Shown here piece after piece: positions 33,524 through 43,214 of a stretch of 43,950 bases of DNA. Source of the stretch: Nanobdellota archaeon (GTDB lineage Archaea; Nanobdellota; Nanobdellia; Pacearchaeales; GW2011-AR1); the NCBI GenBank assembly GCA_018830245.1, contig JAHJSW010000033.1, positions 1-43,950 of the forward strand, written 5' to 3'. The position numbers and the translations under genes are program-made. Numbering within the stretch: position 1 is the first letter of the stretch; each line of letters begins with the position of its first letter. The notes below the pieces were generated by a model. It searched no databases. It had not been told where the DNA came from and saw nothing but the letters and a program-made list of their open reading frames with translations.

Positions 33524-33684
33524 TTTAAAAAGAAATAAAAAACAGGCTATTAAATTGGAATTGCCAAGATAATCCAAAATCTCTGTTTAGCCATAAATTA
33601 TACAAAAAAACTCTATTTTTAAATATTTCTTATAAACTCCATCACAAGAATATTTTTAAAGAGAGAAGTATAAAAAAGAATACA

Positions 33685-33876
33685 ATGAATAAATGGATAA
33701 AACTGTTACTTGGTCTTGTAGTAGTCGTTGGTGCAATCTATTTTAGTTGGGGCATCAATGATTTATTTGGACTAGGTTCTTCAGCACTAATTGTCTTAAA
33801 AGGGGGCTTAGTTTGGTTTGCAATAATGATGGGACTTCTTTTAGTTATGCTCGGAGTTAGTGATTTAAAAGAATAA
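33685..33876 (+). CDS. small two-TM membrane protein
   Basis: 63 aa with two hydrophobic helices. No family recognised. Confidence 0.45.
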   Translation: MNKWIKLLLGLVVVVGAIYFSWGINDLFGLGSSALIVLKGGLVWFAIMMGLLLVMLGVSDLKE

Positions 33877-33877
33877 A

Positions 33878-34465
33878 TCACTGAAAAGCATAGATTAAAC
33901 TTCCTTCAATTACCGCAGCAATGATTAAAAGAGGCAAAACAATATAAAAAAAGACCTTTAAAGAAATAAGATATAACTTTCTAAAAGAGTCTTTCTTGTT
34001 CTTTTGGAAGAAGATAGTTCCTAACCTTATTCCTAATCCTAAAGAGATGAAAATAGCAGGAAGTTCAAAAATCCCGTGAGGAAGAATCTTCCATAAGATT
34101 GAGAATCCTTCAATATCATAACTCATAGAAGCAACAAATCCCAACAAATAACCATTAAAAATAAGTGCCATCAAAGGGTAGACTCCCACTAAAATCCCTA
34201 AAATCATCCCAAGAAAACTGCTTTGAATATTATTAAAAAAAATAAAAGTAATTAATTCAGATGTAGAAAGATCAATAGTTGTTTCTAATATTTTTTCAAT
34301 AATAATTAAAATTTGCTCTTTAATTGATTCTGGAGCAGGGACAAAAAATCCTACTAAAACAAAAATAAAAAAAACACCAAAAGCAAGATAAATAAAATTT
34401 TTAGATTCTTGTATATATTTCCAACACTCTTGATATTCTTTAATTAAACTAAACTTTTTTTTCAT
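33878..34465 (-). CDS. SpoIIM/DUF95-family membrane protein
   Basis: ILPHGIFELPAIFISLGLG signature and multiple TM segments. Confidence 0.7.
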   Translation of the reverse strand: MKKKFSLIKEYQECWKYIQESKNFIYLAFGVFFIFVLVGFFVPAPESIKEQILIIIEKILETTIDLSTSELITFIFFNNIQSSFLGMILGILVGVYPLMALIFNGYLLGFVASMSYDIEGFSILWKILPHGIFELPAIFISLGLGIRLGTIFFQKNKKDSFRKLYLISLKVFFYIVLPLLIIAAVIEGSLIYAFQ

Positions 34466-34474
34466 TTTTTTATT

Positions 34475-35146
34475 TTAGCTAAAATATTTTCTAAGATATT
34501 TTGTTTTATTCTGATATTTTTTCCTTAAATAAATTCCATAAATTAGTCCAATAACTAGTCCTCCTAAATGGGCACTATTTCCTATTGGAACATTTCCTGC
34601 AAGAGAGATAATCCACAAAAGAAGCAATATTCCTGGTCCAGCATATTTCATCTTTACTGGGATTGGAATAAACATAACATAAACCGGAAGATTCGGGGTT
34701 AAAAGAATGAGTATTCCTACTAATCCAAATAAAGCTCCTGAAGCACCTACAGCATAAGTATTAAAATCTCCTACAAAGAGCAGACTAGACAAAACAAAAA
34801 ATAATCCTGCAAACAGTCCAGAGGTTATATAAAAATAAAAGTACCTTTTGGGACCTAAAATTTTTTCAACTAATGAACCAATAAAAAACAAAGAGAACAT
34901 ATTTGCAAAAAGATGCCAAACCCCCCCATGCATAAACATACTTGTTAAAAAAGTCCAGAGAAATTTTCCCTGAAGAATATTTGAAGGTTTTAATGCAATA
35001 AAATCTAAAAAAGAGAAATTAAAATAAATTAAAAAAGTAAAAACTATGAAACTAATTAAATTAATAAATATCAGAATTGTATTAACATTAAAATTATTAA
35101 AAAGCGTTTTTTTTCTCCCAGGATAGACTTTATAAACATTAACCAT
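34475..35146 (-). CDS. rhomboid-family intramembrane serine protease
   Basis: HGGVWHLFANMFSLFFIG, catalytic GASGALFGLVG, AHLGGLVIGLIYG. Trimmed from the TTG at 35152 to the ATG at 35146. Confidence 0.85.
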   Translation of the reverse strand: MVNVYKVYPGRKKTLFNNFNVNTILIFINLISFIVFTFLIYFNFSFLDFIALKPSNILQGKFLWTFLTSMFMHGGVWHLFANMFSLFFIGSLVEKILGPKRYFYFYITSGLFAGLFFVLSSLLFVGDFNTYAVGASGALFGLVGILILLTPNLPVYVMFIPIPVKMKYAGPGILLLLWIISLAGNVPIGNSAHLGGLVIGLIYGIYLRKKYQNKTKYLRKYFS

Positions 35147-35155
35147 CTTCAAGAA

Positions 35156-36016
35156 TTATCTCTTCTTCCTTTTGGAAATTTTTTTCTTAATCGGCTTTTT
35201 GAGAGGTTTTTTCTTTACAATCTTTTTAGTAACTCTCTTAATCGGCTTTTTGAGAGGTTTTTTAAAAAGCTTCTTTTTAAGAAGTTTCTTCTTAGCAATT
35301 TTTTTTATCGGTTTTTTCTTTATAATCTTTTTAGTAATCCTTTTAAACGGCTTTTTTACAGATTTTTTGATAGATTTTTTAACAAGTTTCTTTTTAAGAA
35401 GTTTCTTTTTTGCAAGTTTTTTAAGAGGTTTTTTCTTTAATTTTTCTTTTTCCTCTTTTTTAAATTCTTTGAGTTTCTTTTTTTCAATTTTTTCTTCTTC
35501 AATTTTAATCTCATCATTTACTAGCTCTAACTCTTTTTCAAGCCTAAATAAATTTTTTTTAAGTTCTTTTAGTAATTTAATATTGTCTTTAATTGAAAAA
35601 ATTCCCCCACATTCATTACAAGTATAATCATTAAGAAGCGCATTTTCTTCATTAAATTCAATGTTGCATTTCTCACAAATATAAAAATTTTTAGTTTCTC
35701 TACTTCGTATTTGATTTTTTATTTGTTCTATTTTTTTCAATAAAAAATTTCTTAAAAAATCTAAACATTTAATTACTTCTAATTTCCAAAAATAAGTGTA
35801 CCACCCTTTTTTCTTATCTTTCTTTCTTATAAAGGACACTAAACCATGATCAGAAATTTTATAAAGAATATTTCGTGTTTGATTAATTGTCAAATCAAGC
35901 TTTTTAGCAATTAAAAATTCATTTATATGTTTGTTCACATCTAATAAATCAGCAATTTCTTCTGCTTGTTTTCCAACAACAATTATAACCACCTCTCTAA
36001 GAAACTTTTTACGCAT
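35156..36016 (-). CDS. tfe: transcription factor E alpha (TFE) with long Lys-rich repeat tail
   Basis: N-terminal winged helix (EFLIAKKLDLTINQTRNILYKISDHGLVSF...WYTYFWKL). Zn ribbon CEKCNIEF...CNECGG. A coiled coil, then about 110 aa of KKPxKK-type repeats. Confidence 0.8.
   Translation of the reverse strand: MRKKFLREVVIIVVGKQAEEIADLLDVNKHINEFLIAKKLDLTINQTRNILYKISDHGLVSFIRKKDKKKGWYTYFWKLEVIKCLDFLRNFLLKKIEQIKNQIRSRETKNFYICEKCNIEFNEENALLNDYTCNECGGIFSIKDNIKLLKELKKNLFRLEKELELVNDEIKIEEEKIEKKKLKEFKKEEKEKLKKKPLKKLAKKKLLKKKLVKKSIKKSVKKPFKRITKKIIKKKPIKKIAKKKLLKKKLFKKPLKKPIKRVTKKIVKKKPLKKPIKKKISKRKKR
35186..35445. repeat. nested tandem DNA repeats encoding the Lys-rich TFE tail
   Basis: The perfect 27-mer CTTAATCGGCTTTTTGAGAGGTTTTTT occurs at 35186-35212 and 35237-35263. 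Longer imperfect repeats have periods of about 105 and 117 nt. Confidence 0.7.
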
Positions 36017-36169
36017 TTAAATCTTAAAATGAATCCAAATAAATACCTTTCGGTCTAAAAGACTTAAAAGGAACAAATTTGCAAAGGAATAAAGTTTTTA
36101 AACCTGTATGATATTTTATATATATCGAAAAGACTATATTAAAGTATATTAAGTATAGAAACTAATAAA

Positions 36170-36715
36170 ATGGGGTGGTTTAATAAAAAAGAGAAGATTC
36201 CAGAAGGAAGTAAAAATCTAGAATTGCCAGAACTTCCGAAACTTCCAGAACTCCCACGATTCGGAACAGAAGAGATCTCCCCTATTTCTCAACTTCCAAG
36301 ATTTCCAAATAGTCCCTTAGGAAAAAAATTATCACAAGAAATTATAAAAGAAGCAATAGCTGGGGGAAAAGAGGATAGAGGAGCTCTTGAAGTAGAGGAT
36401 TTTGAAGAATATCAACCATTTCAAGAGCTTCCAAAAAAAAGAGTTACAAAAGAAATTCCTTTTGAGTTTAAAGAGGCTGCAAGAGTAGTCAAAAAAGCAG
36501 AACCGATTTTTATAAGAATTGATAAGTTTGAAGAAAGTCTAAAAATCTTCGACAAAACGAAAAAACAAATTTCAGAGATTGAAGCCGGGTTAAGAGATAT
36601 AAAAAGATTGAAGGAGGAAGAAAATTCAGAACTAGAAAATTGGGAAAGCGAAATAATTCAATTAAAAAATCAAATTGAAAAAGTAGATAGAGACATTTTT
36701 TCTAAAATAGAATGA
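36170..36715 (+). CDS. hypothetical protein: Pro-rich LPxLP N-terminus plus C-terminal coiled coil
   Basis: LELPELPKLPELPRF...QLPRFPNSPLG, then EPIFIRIDKFEESLKIF...heptad-like sequence. 181 aa. Confidence 0.5.
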   Translation: MGWFNKKEKIPEGSKNLELPELPKLPELPRFGTEEISPISQLPRFPNSPLGKKLSQEIIKEAIAGGKEDRGALEVEDFEEYQPFQELPKKRVTKEIPFEFKEAARVVKKAEPIFIRIDKFEESLKIFDKTKKQISEIEAGLRDIKRLKEEENSELENWESEIIQLKNQIEKVDRDIFSKIE

Positions 36716-37083
36716 AAGGAGAGAACCTCATACATATAAAATTAGAATATAACGAAGCTGTTAAATCTAAAAAAGAAGTTCTTCAATCAGAAATAAATCT
36801 TTTAAAAATCGCGCAAGTGATAAAAAGATATAATTTTCTAAGAGCAGAAGAATTAAGATTAAAGGAGAAACTTCATAAGAAGTTAAAGGAAGCCATCACC
36901 AATATTAAAAAATTGCAAACAGTTCTTCCAAAGATAAAAATTCCCTCGATCTTAAGAGAAGAGGATATAGAAACAAAAAAAGTGAAAGAAAAACATATAA
37001 TTTTAGAAAAAGAATATTATGATGGGAGCGTAGAATCTCAACTCAGAGAGATTCAAAACAAACTAAATTCATTGCAAACATAA
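36712..37083 (+). CDS. hypothetical coiled-coil protein
   Basis: 123 aa. Its ATG overlaps the stop of the upstream gene (ATGA). Heptad-like K/E/L-rich sequence. Confidence 0.5.
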   Translation: MKGENLIHIKLEYNEAVKSKKEVLQSEINLLKIAQVIKRYNFLRAEELRLKEKLHKKLKEAITNIKKLQTVLPKIKIPSILREEDIETKKVKEKHIILEKEYYDGSVESQLREIQNKLNSLQT

Positions 37084-37122
37084 ATCATACAATTTTTAAA
37101 ACCTTCTTTCTTTTTTGAGATT

Positions 37123-38871
37123 ATGATAACCAGAGAACAATTAATAAAAAAATATCTAAATTTTTTCAAATTAAAAGGGCATAAAGAAATCCCAAATGAA
37201 AGCTTAATTCCTGAGAATGATCCAACAACTCTTTTTATCTCTGCAGGAATGCACCCTTTGGTACCATATTTACTCGGACAACCACATCCATTAGGAAAAC
37301 GATTAATGAATCTCCAAAGATGCATCCGGACAGGAGATATTGAAGAAGTTGGAGATTCAACTCACCACACTTTTTTTGAAATGCTTGGAAATTGGAGTTT
37401 AGGAGATTATTGGAAAAAAGAAGCAATCACCTGGAGTTTTGAATTCGGAACAAAAATTTTAAAATTGCCTGTTAAAAGATTATCTGTAAGTTGTTTTAAA
37501 GGAGATACAGATGCCAAAAAAGATGAAGAATCTGCCAAGAGATGGGAGTCTCTAGGAATTCCAAAAGAAAGAATTGTATTCTTATCAAAATCGGAAAACT
37601 GGTGGGGTCCTGCAGGGAAAACAGGACCATGTGGACCAGATACAGAGATATTTTACTGGAAAGACAATACTTCTCCTGCCCCAGAAAAATTTGATCCAAC
37701 AAATAAAAAATGGGTTGAAATCTGGAATGATGTTTTAATGGAATACGTCAAAGATCAAAAAGGAAAATATAATGAAGCAAAACAAAAAAATATAGACAAT
37801 GGAAGAGGCGTAGAAAGAATTTTAGCAGCAATAAACAATTTTGAGGATAATTATTTAACAGAACTTTGGCAGCCAATGATAAAACAAATAGAAAAACTCT
37901 CTAATAAAAAATATCAAAAAAATGAGAAGCCAATGAGAGTGATTGCAGATCATATTAAAGCTTCTGTTTTTATAATCGCAGATGGAATTGTTCCTGGAAA
38001 TTCTGAGCAAGGATATATATTAAGAAGACTCATAAGAAGAGCAATTAGATATGCTAAAGAAATAGGATTAGAAAATTTTACTTCAAAAGTAGCTTTACCT
38101 GTTTTTAAAATCTATGATGACTATCAACATCTACAGAAAAATAAAGAACATATTCTAAAAGAATTAGAAAAAGAAGAAGAAAAATTCAACAAAACTCTAA
38201 AAAAAGGATTAAAAATATTTAACAAATTCTCAAAAAACAAAAAAGAACTTTCAGGGGAGAAAATCTTTTTGCTGTATCAAAGCTATGGTTTTCCGTTTGA
38301 ACTAACAAAAGAGCTAGCAAAAGAAAAGGGAATTAAAATCAACCAAAAGAGCTTTCAAAAAGAATTAGAAAAACATCAAAAACTTTCACGTACTGCGACA
38401 GAAGGAAGATTTAAATCAGGACTTGCAGACAATTCAGAAACAACCACAAAGCTTCACACAGCAACACACTTGTTATTAAAAGCTCTTCAAATAATCTTAA
38501 AAAATGATTCTATAATCCAAAGAGGAAGCAATATAACTTCAGAAAGGTTACGACTTGATTTTTCTTTTCCACGGAAGCTTACAAAAGAAGAATTAGAAAA
38601 AGTAGAAGAATTAGTTAATACGCAAATACAAAATTCTTATGAAATTATCCGTGAAGAAATGCCTCCTAAAAAAGCAATAAAAAAAGGTGCGCGAGGAATT
38701 TTTGATAAAAAATATGGGGAGAAAGTTTCTGTGTATTTGATAGGAGAATTTTCCAAGGAAATTTGTGCAGGACCCCATGTAAAAAATACCTGTGAATTAG
38801 GAGTTTTTAGAATAAAAAAAGAAAGTGCTTCAAGTGCAGGAGTTAGGAGAATCAAGGCCGTACTTGAATAA
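37123..38871 (+). CDS. alaS: alanyl-tRNA synthetase, bacterial-type, short form ending after the editing domain (no C-Ala domain)
   Basis: DPTTLFISAGM, QRCIRTGDIEEVGDSTHHTFFEMLGNWSLGDYWK, TGPCGPDTEIFY, VEIWNDVLMEY, DNGRGVERI. Editing motifs HTATHLL and CAGPHV. 582 aa. Confidence 0.9.
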   Translation: MITREQLIKKYLNFFKLKGHKEIPNESLIPENDPTTLFISAGMHPLVPYLLGQPHPLGKRLMNLQRCIRTGDIEEVGDSTHHTFFEMLGNWSLGDYWKKEAITWSFEFGTKILKLPVKRLSVSCFKGDTDAKKDEESAKRWESLGIPKERIVFLSKSENWWGPAGKTGPCGPDTEIFYWKDNTSPAPEKFDPTNKKWVEIWNDVLMEYVKDQKGKYNEAKQKNIDNGRGVERILAAINNFEDNYLTELWQPMIKQIEKLSNKKYQKNEKPMRVIADHIKASVFIIADGIVPGNSEQGYILRRLIRRAIRYAKEIGLENFTSKVALPVFKIYDDYQHLQKNKEHILKELEKEEEKFNKTLKKGLKIFNKFSKNKKELSGEKIFLLYQSYGFPFELTKELAKEKGIKINQKSFQKELEKHQKLSRTATEGRFKSGLADNSETTTKLHTATHLLLKALQIILKNDSIIQRGSNITSERLRLDFSFPRKLTKEELEKVEELVNTQIQNSYEIIREEMPPKKAIKKGARGIFDKKYGEKVSVYLIGEFSKEICAGPHVKNTCELGVFRIKKESASSAGVRRIKAVLE

Positions 38872-38872
38872 A

Positions 38873-39982
38873 TCAAAGAGGATATACTCCAACCAACCCA
38901 TATTTATTTTCGAGTCGTTTAAATCTTGGTAAAAGATACCAACTAATCTTTCCTTTTTTCTCAATATTTCTTCTTAAAGATTTCCAACTTTGAGCATCTG
39001 GATATTCATAAAAAAAATCACTCATAGAATCTCCTTCTGAGATAAAGATAATTTCTGGTTCTAAGAACAATTTTTCTCCACTAGAATAAGTAATTTCATT
39101 GTCTGTTATTATTGACGGACCAGTTGTTTCTATAAAACAATACCCTGTTTCCATTAAACTATATTCTGCAGAACATTTAACGCCAACTGCTTCATGATTT
39201 TCAAGAGGGTAATAGAAATAAACAGATTCATAACCTAACTCCTTTAATAAAAAAACAAGTAAGTCGGCCTTTTCTCCACAAACCCCTTCTACATCATATA
39301 AAACTTCATAAGGATATCTAGAATAATCTATCTCCTGACTTTTCCCAAAAGAAAGAGTTTTTCCAGAACTTCCAAAAGGAATATTCTGAACAAGGCTTAC
39401 TGCAATTCTTAATTGATCGTCTTTATTTACTGCAAGATTTTGAATTGTTATAACAAGGGGTAATAAAAATTGTCTCTGTTTTTCTTCATTAAGATTTTTT
39501 AATTTAAAATCCTTTCTTGTAATTTTTTCTCCATTTTGATAATTAATAAATTTAGAAAGGGCAGAGGTATAATTTTTCATTCCTTCATAAACAATAAAAT
39601 CAAGAATCTCTTCTTCTCCACGTAATATATATGTTAAATTTACTTTTTTAGGATTTACTTGGTACTCAAAGGTGCATAAATCTCCCTCTTTAATCATATT
39701 TTCCTCACAATCACAAGTAGAGGCTTTTTCTATTAGAAATCCATTATAACAATAATAAGGTTTATTTACTGAACAATTACCATAAGATGTTCCATCTCCA
39801 CAAACAACTATTTCCTCTCTTAATCCAATACCTTTGTAAAAATCATCAATAAGATAAACTCCTCCCAAAATTCCAAGAGATAAAGAAAAAACAAGTAAAA
39901 GAATCAGGGCGTAATTTTTCAAATGCCCGGAATCACTGTTTTTAATTTCTTCAATATTTTCTACACCTTCTTTTTTAACCAT
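38873..39982 (-). CDS. membrane-anchored extracytoplasmic protein with Cys-rich region and transglutaminase-like core
   Basis: N-terminal TM, a CGDG...C..C.C..C cluster, and EGVCGEKADLLVFLLKELGYESVYFYYPLENHEAVGV (Cys...His spacing as in TGase-like cysteine protease folds). Confidence 0.5.
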   Translation of the reverse strand: MVKKEGVENIEEIKNSDSGHLKNYALILLLVFSLSLGILGGVYLIDDFYKGIGLREEIVVCGDGTSYGNCSVNKPYYCYNGFLIEKASTCDCEENMIKEGDLCTFEYQVNPKKVNLTYILRGEEEILDFIVYEGMKNYTSALSKFINYQNGEKITRKDFKLKNLNEEKQRQFLLPLVITIQNLAVNKDDQLRIAVSLVQNIPFGSSGKTLSFGKSQEIDYSRYPYEVLYDVEGVCGEKADLLVFLLKELGYESVYFYYPLENHEAVGVKCSAEYSLMETGYCFIETTGPSIITDNEITYSSGEKLFLEPEIIFISEGDSMSDFFYEYPDAQSWKSLRRNIEKKGKISWYLLPRFKRLENKYGLVGVYPL

Positions 39983-40016
39983 GCTCTAAAAACACAAAAG
40001 AATTATAAAAAACTAA

Positions 40017-42455
40017 CTACTCTAAATAAATTCCTGGTTTTCCCGGTTTTGTCTTTTTTGATTTATTTTCAGGATCATATTTCTTTTTATCGTTCACGGC
40101 AAAAATCACAACATCTAATTCAGTTCTTTTCTTAATTAGTTCTAAATTATCTATATAATTCTTTTTCTCGTTTGGTAAAACATAAACATAAACTTTAGAA
40201 GAACTCTTATTTACTAAAGAGAGGACATGATGAATATCTTTAACAAGCTTTTCTACAGCTTCCTCTTGTTTCTCTAAATTCTCGTCAATTTTTTTCTCAT
40301 CAACTTCTGGCCATTTTTCTAAGCTAATAAAATTTTCATTTCCTATTTTTTCCCATAATTCTTCTGTTATATGCGGGCAGAAAGGATGTAAAATCTTTAA
40401 AAATTTCTCAAGTACATCTTTACTATTTTCTTGTGGAAAATAGTTAAACAACTCTCTAATTTTTATTATTGCTAAATTGTACTTGAAATTTTCTAAGTAT
40501 TCTGAAACATCTCTGATCATTTTATTGAGTCTGCTTTCAATTTTTACATTAGACTTTTCAATTTTTACATTGGTATAATACTCTACCACTTTATTCACAA
40601 ATTTAAAATTCCCGACAAGCACCTTTTCATCCCAATGAGTATCAGAATCAAGAGATGCAAAACTCATAAGAGCCAATCTAAGGGAATCAGCTCCGTAATT
40701 TTTAACAACTTCGATAGGATTAATAACATTGCCCAATGATTTTGACATTTTTCTACCATCGCTTGCGTGTAACATTCCTTGGTTAAACAATTTTGCAAAA
40801 GGCTCGTCGAATTTTACAAAACCTAAATCTCTCAAAGCCTTTGTAAAAAATCTCGAATAAAGAAGATGCAAACATGCATGTTCTGCCCCCCCAATATATT
40901 GATCAACTGGCATCCAATAATCAATTTTCTTTTTATCAAAAGGTTTTTTAAAATTTTTACTATCACAATACCTCATATAATACCAAGAAGAATCAAAAAA
41001 AGTATCCATTGTATCTGTCTCTCTTTTTGCTTGTCCTTTGCACTTCGGACATTTAATATTAACAAAACTACTGTTTGTTTTGAGAGGATTTCCCTTACCA
41101 AATTTAACCTTTTCTGGAAGTAAAACAGGCAAATCCTTTTCAGGAATAGGTACAATTCCACATTTATTACAATAAACAATGGGAATTGGAGTCCCCCAAT
41201 ATCTCTGACGAGAAATAAGCCAATCTCTTAATTTATACTGCACTGTTTTCTTTCCTAACTTTTTCTTTTGCAAAAGTTCAGTTATTTTGTTTATAGCCTC
41301 CTTGCTTTTCACCCCGTTAAATTCTTCAGAATTGATTAATTTGCCTTCTCCAGTATAAGCCCTATCTCTTGTAAAATTTCCTTCAATAACTTGTTTAATC
41401 TTAATTTTGTATTTTTTAGCAAATTCCAAATCTCTCTGATCATGTGCAGGAACAGCCATTACCATTCCAGATCCATAATCTGCTATAACAAAATTGCCGG
41501 CATAAACAGGAATTTTTTCATTTGTCAAGGGATTTATTGCATAACTTCCTGTAAAAACACCTTCTTTTTCCAATTCTTCTACATCCTTTTCAGAAACAGA
41601 TTTTATTTTTTTTAAAAATTTCTTAACTTCGTCCTCATAATCTGCTGTAACAATATCCATTAATCTAGAATGTTGAGCAGAGATAACCATAAATGTAACC
41701 CCATAGATTGTATCAGGACGCGTTGTAAAAACAGGCCACTCTTCTTTATTAATTTCAAAATTAATTTCGGTTCCAAAACTCTTACCGATCCAATTTTTCT
41801 GCATTACTTTAATCCTTTTTGGCCAATTTAAAGAATCCGTACAATTTAGAAGCTCATCTGCATATTCAGTAGTTTTAATAAACCATTGCTCTAAGTGTTT
41901 TATTCCTACCTCTGTATTTTTATGATATTCGCACACACCATTATGAACTTGCTCATTCGCAAGAACAGTTTTGCATTTTGGACACCAATTAACAGGAGCC
42001 TTTTTTCTATAAGCAAGTCCTTTTTCTAAAAATTTTAAGAAAAATAATTGGTTCCATTTATAATATTCAGCTTCACAAGAACTCACTATTCTTTTCCAAT
42101 CATAACTCCACCCAAGAGATTTTTGTTGGTTAATAAATGCCGCAATTGATTTTTGAGTGTATTTTTTAGGATGTACCCCCACTTTTATCGCTGCATTTTC
42201 TGCAGGTAAACCAAAAGAATCAAATCCCATTGGATGAAGAACATTTAATCCATTCATTCTCTTAAACCTCGCATAAATATCTCCAAGAGTATAATTCAAT
42301 CCATGACCAATATGCAACCCAGAACCAGAAGGGTAAGGATACATCTCTAAAACATAAAACTTCTTTTTTTTACTCTTTTCACTAACTTCAAAAATCTTTG
42401 TCTCTTCCCATTTCTTCTGCCATTTCTTTTCTATTTGTTTAAAGTTATATGCCAT
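40017..42455 (-). CDS. leuS: leucyl-tRNA synthetase, bacterial-type
   Basis: [82 protein letters not shown]. 812 aa. Confidence 0.95.
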   Translation of the reverse strand: MAYNFKQIEKKWQKKWEETKIFEVSEKSKKKKFYVLEMYPYPSGSGLHIGHGLNYTLGDIYARFKRMNGLNVLHPMGFDSFGLPAENAAIKVGVHPKKYTQKSIAAFINQQKSLGWSYDWKRIVSSCEAEYYKWNQLFFLKFLEKGLAYRKKAPVNWCPKCKTVLANEQVHNGVCEYHKNTEVGIKHLEQWFIKTTEYADELLNCTDSLNWPKRIKVMQKNWIGKSFGTEINFEINKEEWPVFTTRPDTIYGVTFMVISAQHSRLMDIVTADYEDEVKKFLKKIKSVSEKDVEELEKEGVFTGSYAINPLTNEKIPVYAGNFVIADYGSGMVMAVPAHDQRDLEFAKKYKIKIKQVIEGNFTRDRAYTGEGKLINSEEFNGVKSKEAINKITELLQKKKLGKKTVQYKLRDWLISRQRYWGTPIPIVYCNKCGIVPIPEKDLPVLLPEKVKFGKGNPLKTNSSFVNIKCPKCKGQAKRETDTMDTFFDSSWYYMRYCDSKNFKKPFDKKKIDYWMPVDQYIGGAEHACLHLLYSRFFTKALRDLGFVKFDEPFAKLFNQGMLHASDGRKMSKSLGNVINPIEVVKNYGADSLRLALMSFASLDSDTHWDEKVLVGNFKFVNKVVEYYTNVKIEKSNVKIESRLNKMIRDVSEYLENFKYNLAIIKIRELFNYFPQENSKDVLEKFLKILHPFCPHITEELWEKIGNENFISLEKWPEVDEKKIDENLEKQEEAVEKLVKDIHHVLSLVNKSSSKVYVYVLPNEKKNYIDNLELIKKRTELDVVIFAVNDKKKYDPENKSKKTKPGKPGIYLE

Positions 42456-42493
42456 GTTATTATTTTGAGTTTTTTGTTTAAATTATTTGCTAT

Positions 42494-42562
42494 AGAGTTC
42501 TCTCACACAAAATTATACAATATCCGCTAAGAATGCGGATCTTATAATAATAAGAGAACTCT
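42494..42562. repeat. nested palindrome in the leuS-endA spacer
   Basis: Perfect 10-bp arms AGAGTTCTCT (42494-42503) and AGAGAACTCT (42553-42562) enclose the hairpin ATCCGC-taagaat-GCGGAT (42522-42540). It is followed by a second palindrome, TTGCTAA...TTAGCAA (42562-42597). Confidence 0.65.
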
Positions 42563-42656
42563 TGCTAAAACAAATTCTAAATTTTTAGTCTTAGCAATTT
42601 TCATAATAAATATTACAAAAGCATATTTTTAAATATTGTCATTAATTTTTTAGATA

Positions 42657-43175
42657 ATGGAAAAGATTCAAGCATATCTCACTGGAGAAATCATTTCTAG
42701 TAACAGCTCGGAAGCACGCGCTCTTTACAATAAAAGTTGCTTTGGAGAGCTAATTCAAGGAAAAATCCAGTACTCTCTTTCTGAAGCGCTATTTCTTATT
42801 GAAAAGGGCAAAATGGAAATATTCTCAAGAAATAAAAAAATTCCTAGTAAAGATTTAATAAATAAGTTTATGAGAATAGATAAAAAAATTCAGATTAAAT
42901 ATCCGGTATTCAAGGATTTAAGAGAACGAGGATATGTTGTAAAAACAGCGTTAAAATTTGGTGCAGAATTTAGAATATATGAAAAAGGGGCAAAACCTGG
43001 GAAAAAACACGCTAAATGGATTGTTTTTGCTGATCATGAATCAAAAAAAATAACTTGGCATGAATTCTCTGCAAAAAATAGAGTGGCGCATTCTACAAAA
43101 AAGAAACTTCTTTTAGCAATAGTTGATGAAGAAGGGGATATTACTTATTATGAAGTTCAATGGATAAAACCATAA
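42657..43175 (+). CDS. endA: tRNA-splicing endonuclease (EndA, short homotetramer-type)
   Basis: LSEALFLIEKGKMEI and YPVFKDLRERGYVVKTALKFGAEFRIYEKG...HAKWIV. 172 aa. A TATA (ATTTTTAAATA) lies about 27 nt upstream. Confidence 0.9.
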   Translation: MEKIQAYLTGEIISSNSSEARALYNKSCFGELIQGKIQYSLSEALFLIEKGKMEIFSRNKKIPSKDLINKFMRIDKKIQIKYPVFKDLRERGYVVKTALKFGAEFRIYEKGAKPGKKHAKWIVFADHESKKITWHEFSAKNRVAHSTKKKLLLAIVDEEGDITYYEVQWIKP

Positions 43176-43214
43176 CATCAAAAACCTTATAAGATATTTA
43201 CTTTTACTCTAAGT

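Noticed and set aside
35186-35445. CRISPR-like appearance of regularly spaced DNA repeats
   Set aside because: The repeats lie inside an open reading frame and encode Lys-rich peptide repeats. Spacing is irregular (51, 105 and 117 nt), and there are no cas genes.
35172-35627. 151-aa plus-strand ORF rich in F/L/S
   Set aside because: It is the antisense mirror of the Lys-codon repeats (AAA/AAG read as TTT/CTT) of the TFE tail. The sequence is low-complexity and has no independent start signals.
39923-40135. 70-aa plus-strand ORF across the spacer between leuS and the 369-aa ORF
   Set aside because: It overlaps the 5' end of the 369-aa gene and the 3' end of leuS in antisense. No signals.
40866-41615. 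Three short ORFs within leuS, and similar ones within alaS (37053-37702, 38637-38876), proS (27342-27623), the protease gene (26149-26412), disA (31000-31200), gatD (23471-23674), the helicase (3223-3420), aIF-1A (932-1213), aspS (15955-16149), the deacetylase (18244-18450) and DUF1003 (21457-21663)
   Set aside because: All are embedded in or antisense to confidently assigned genes, and none has recognisable motifs.
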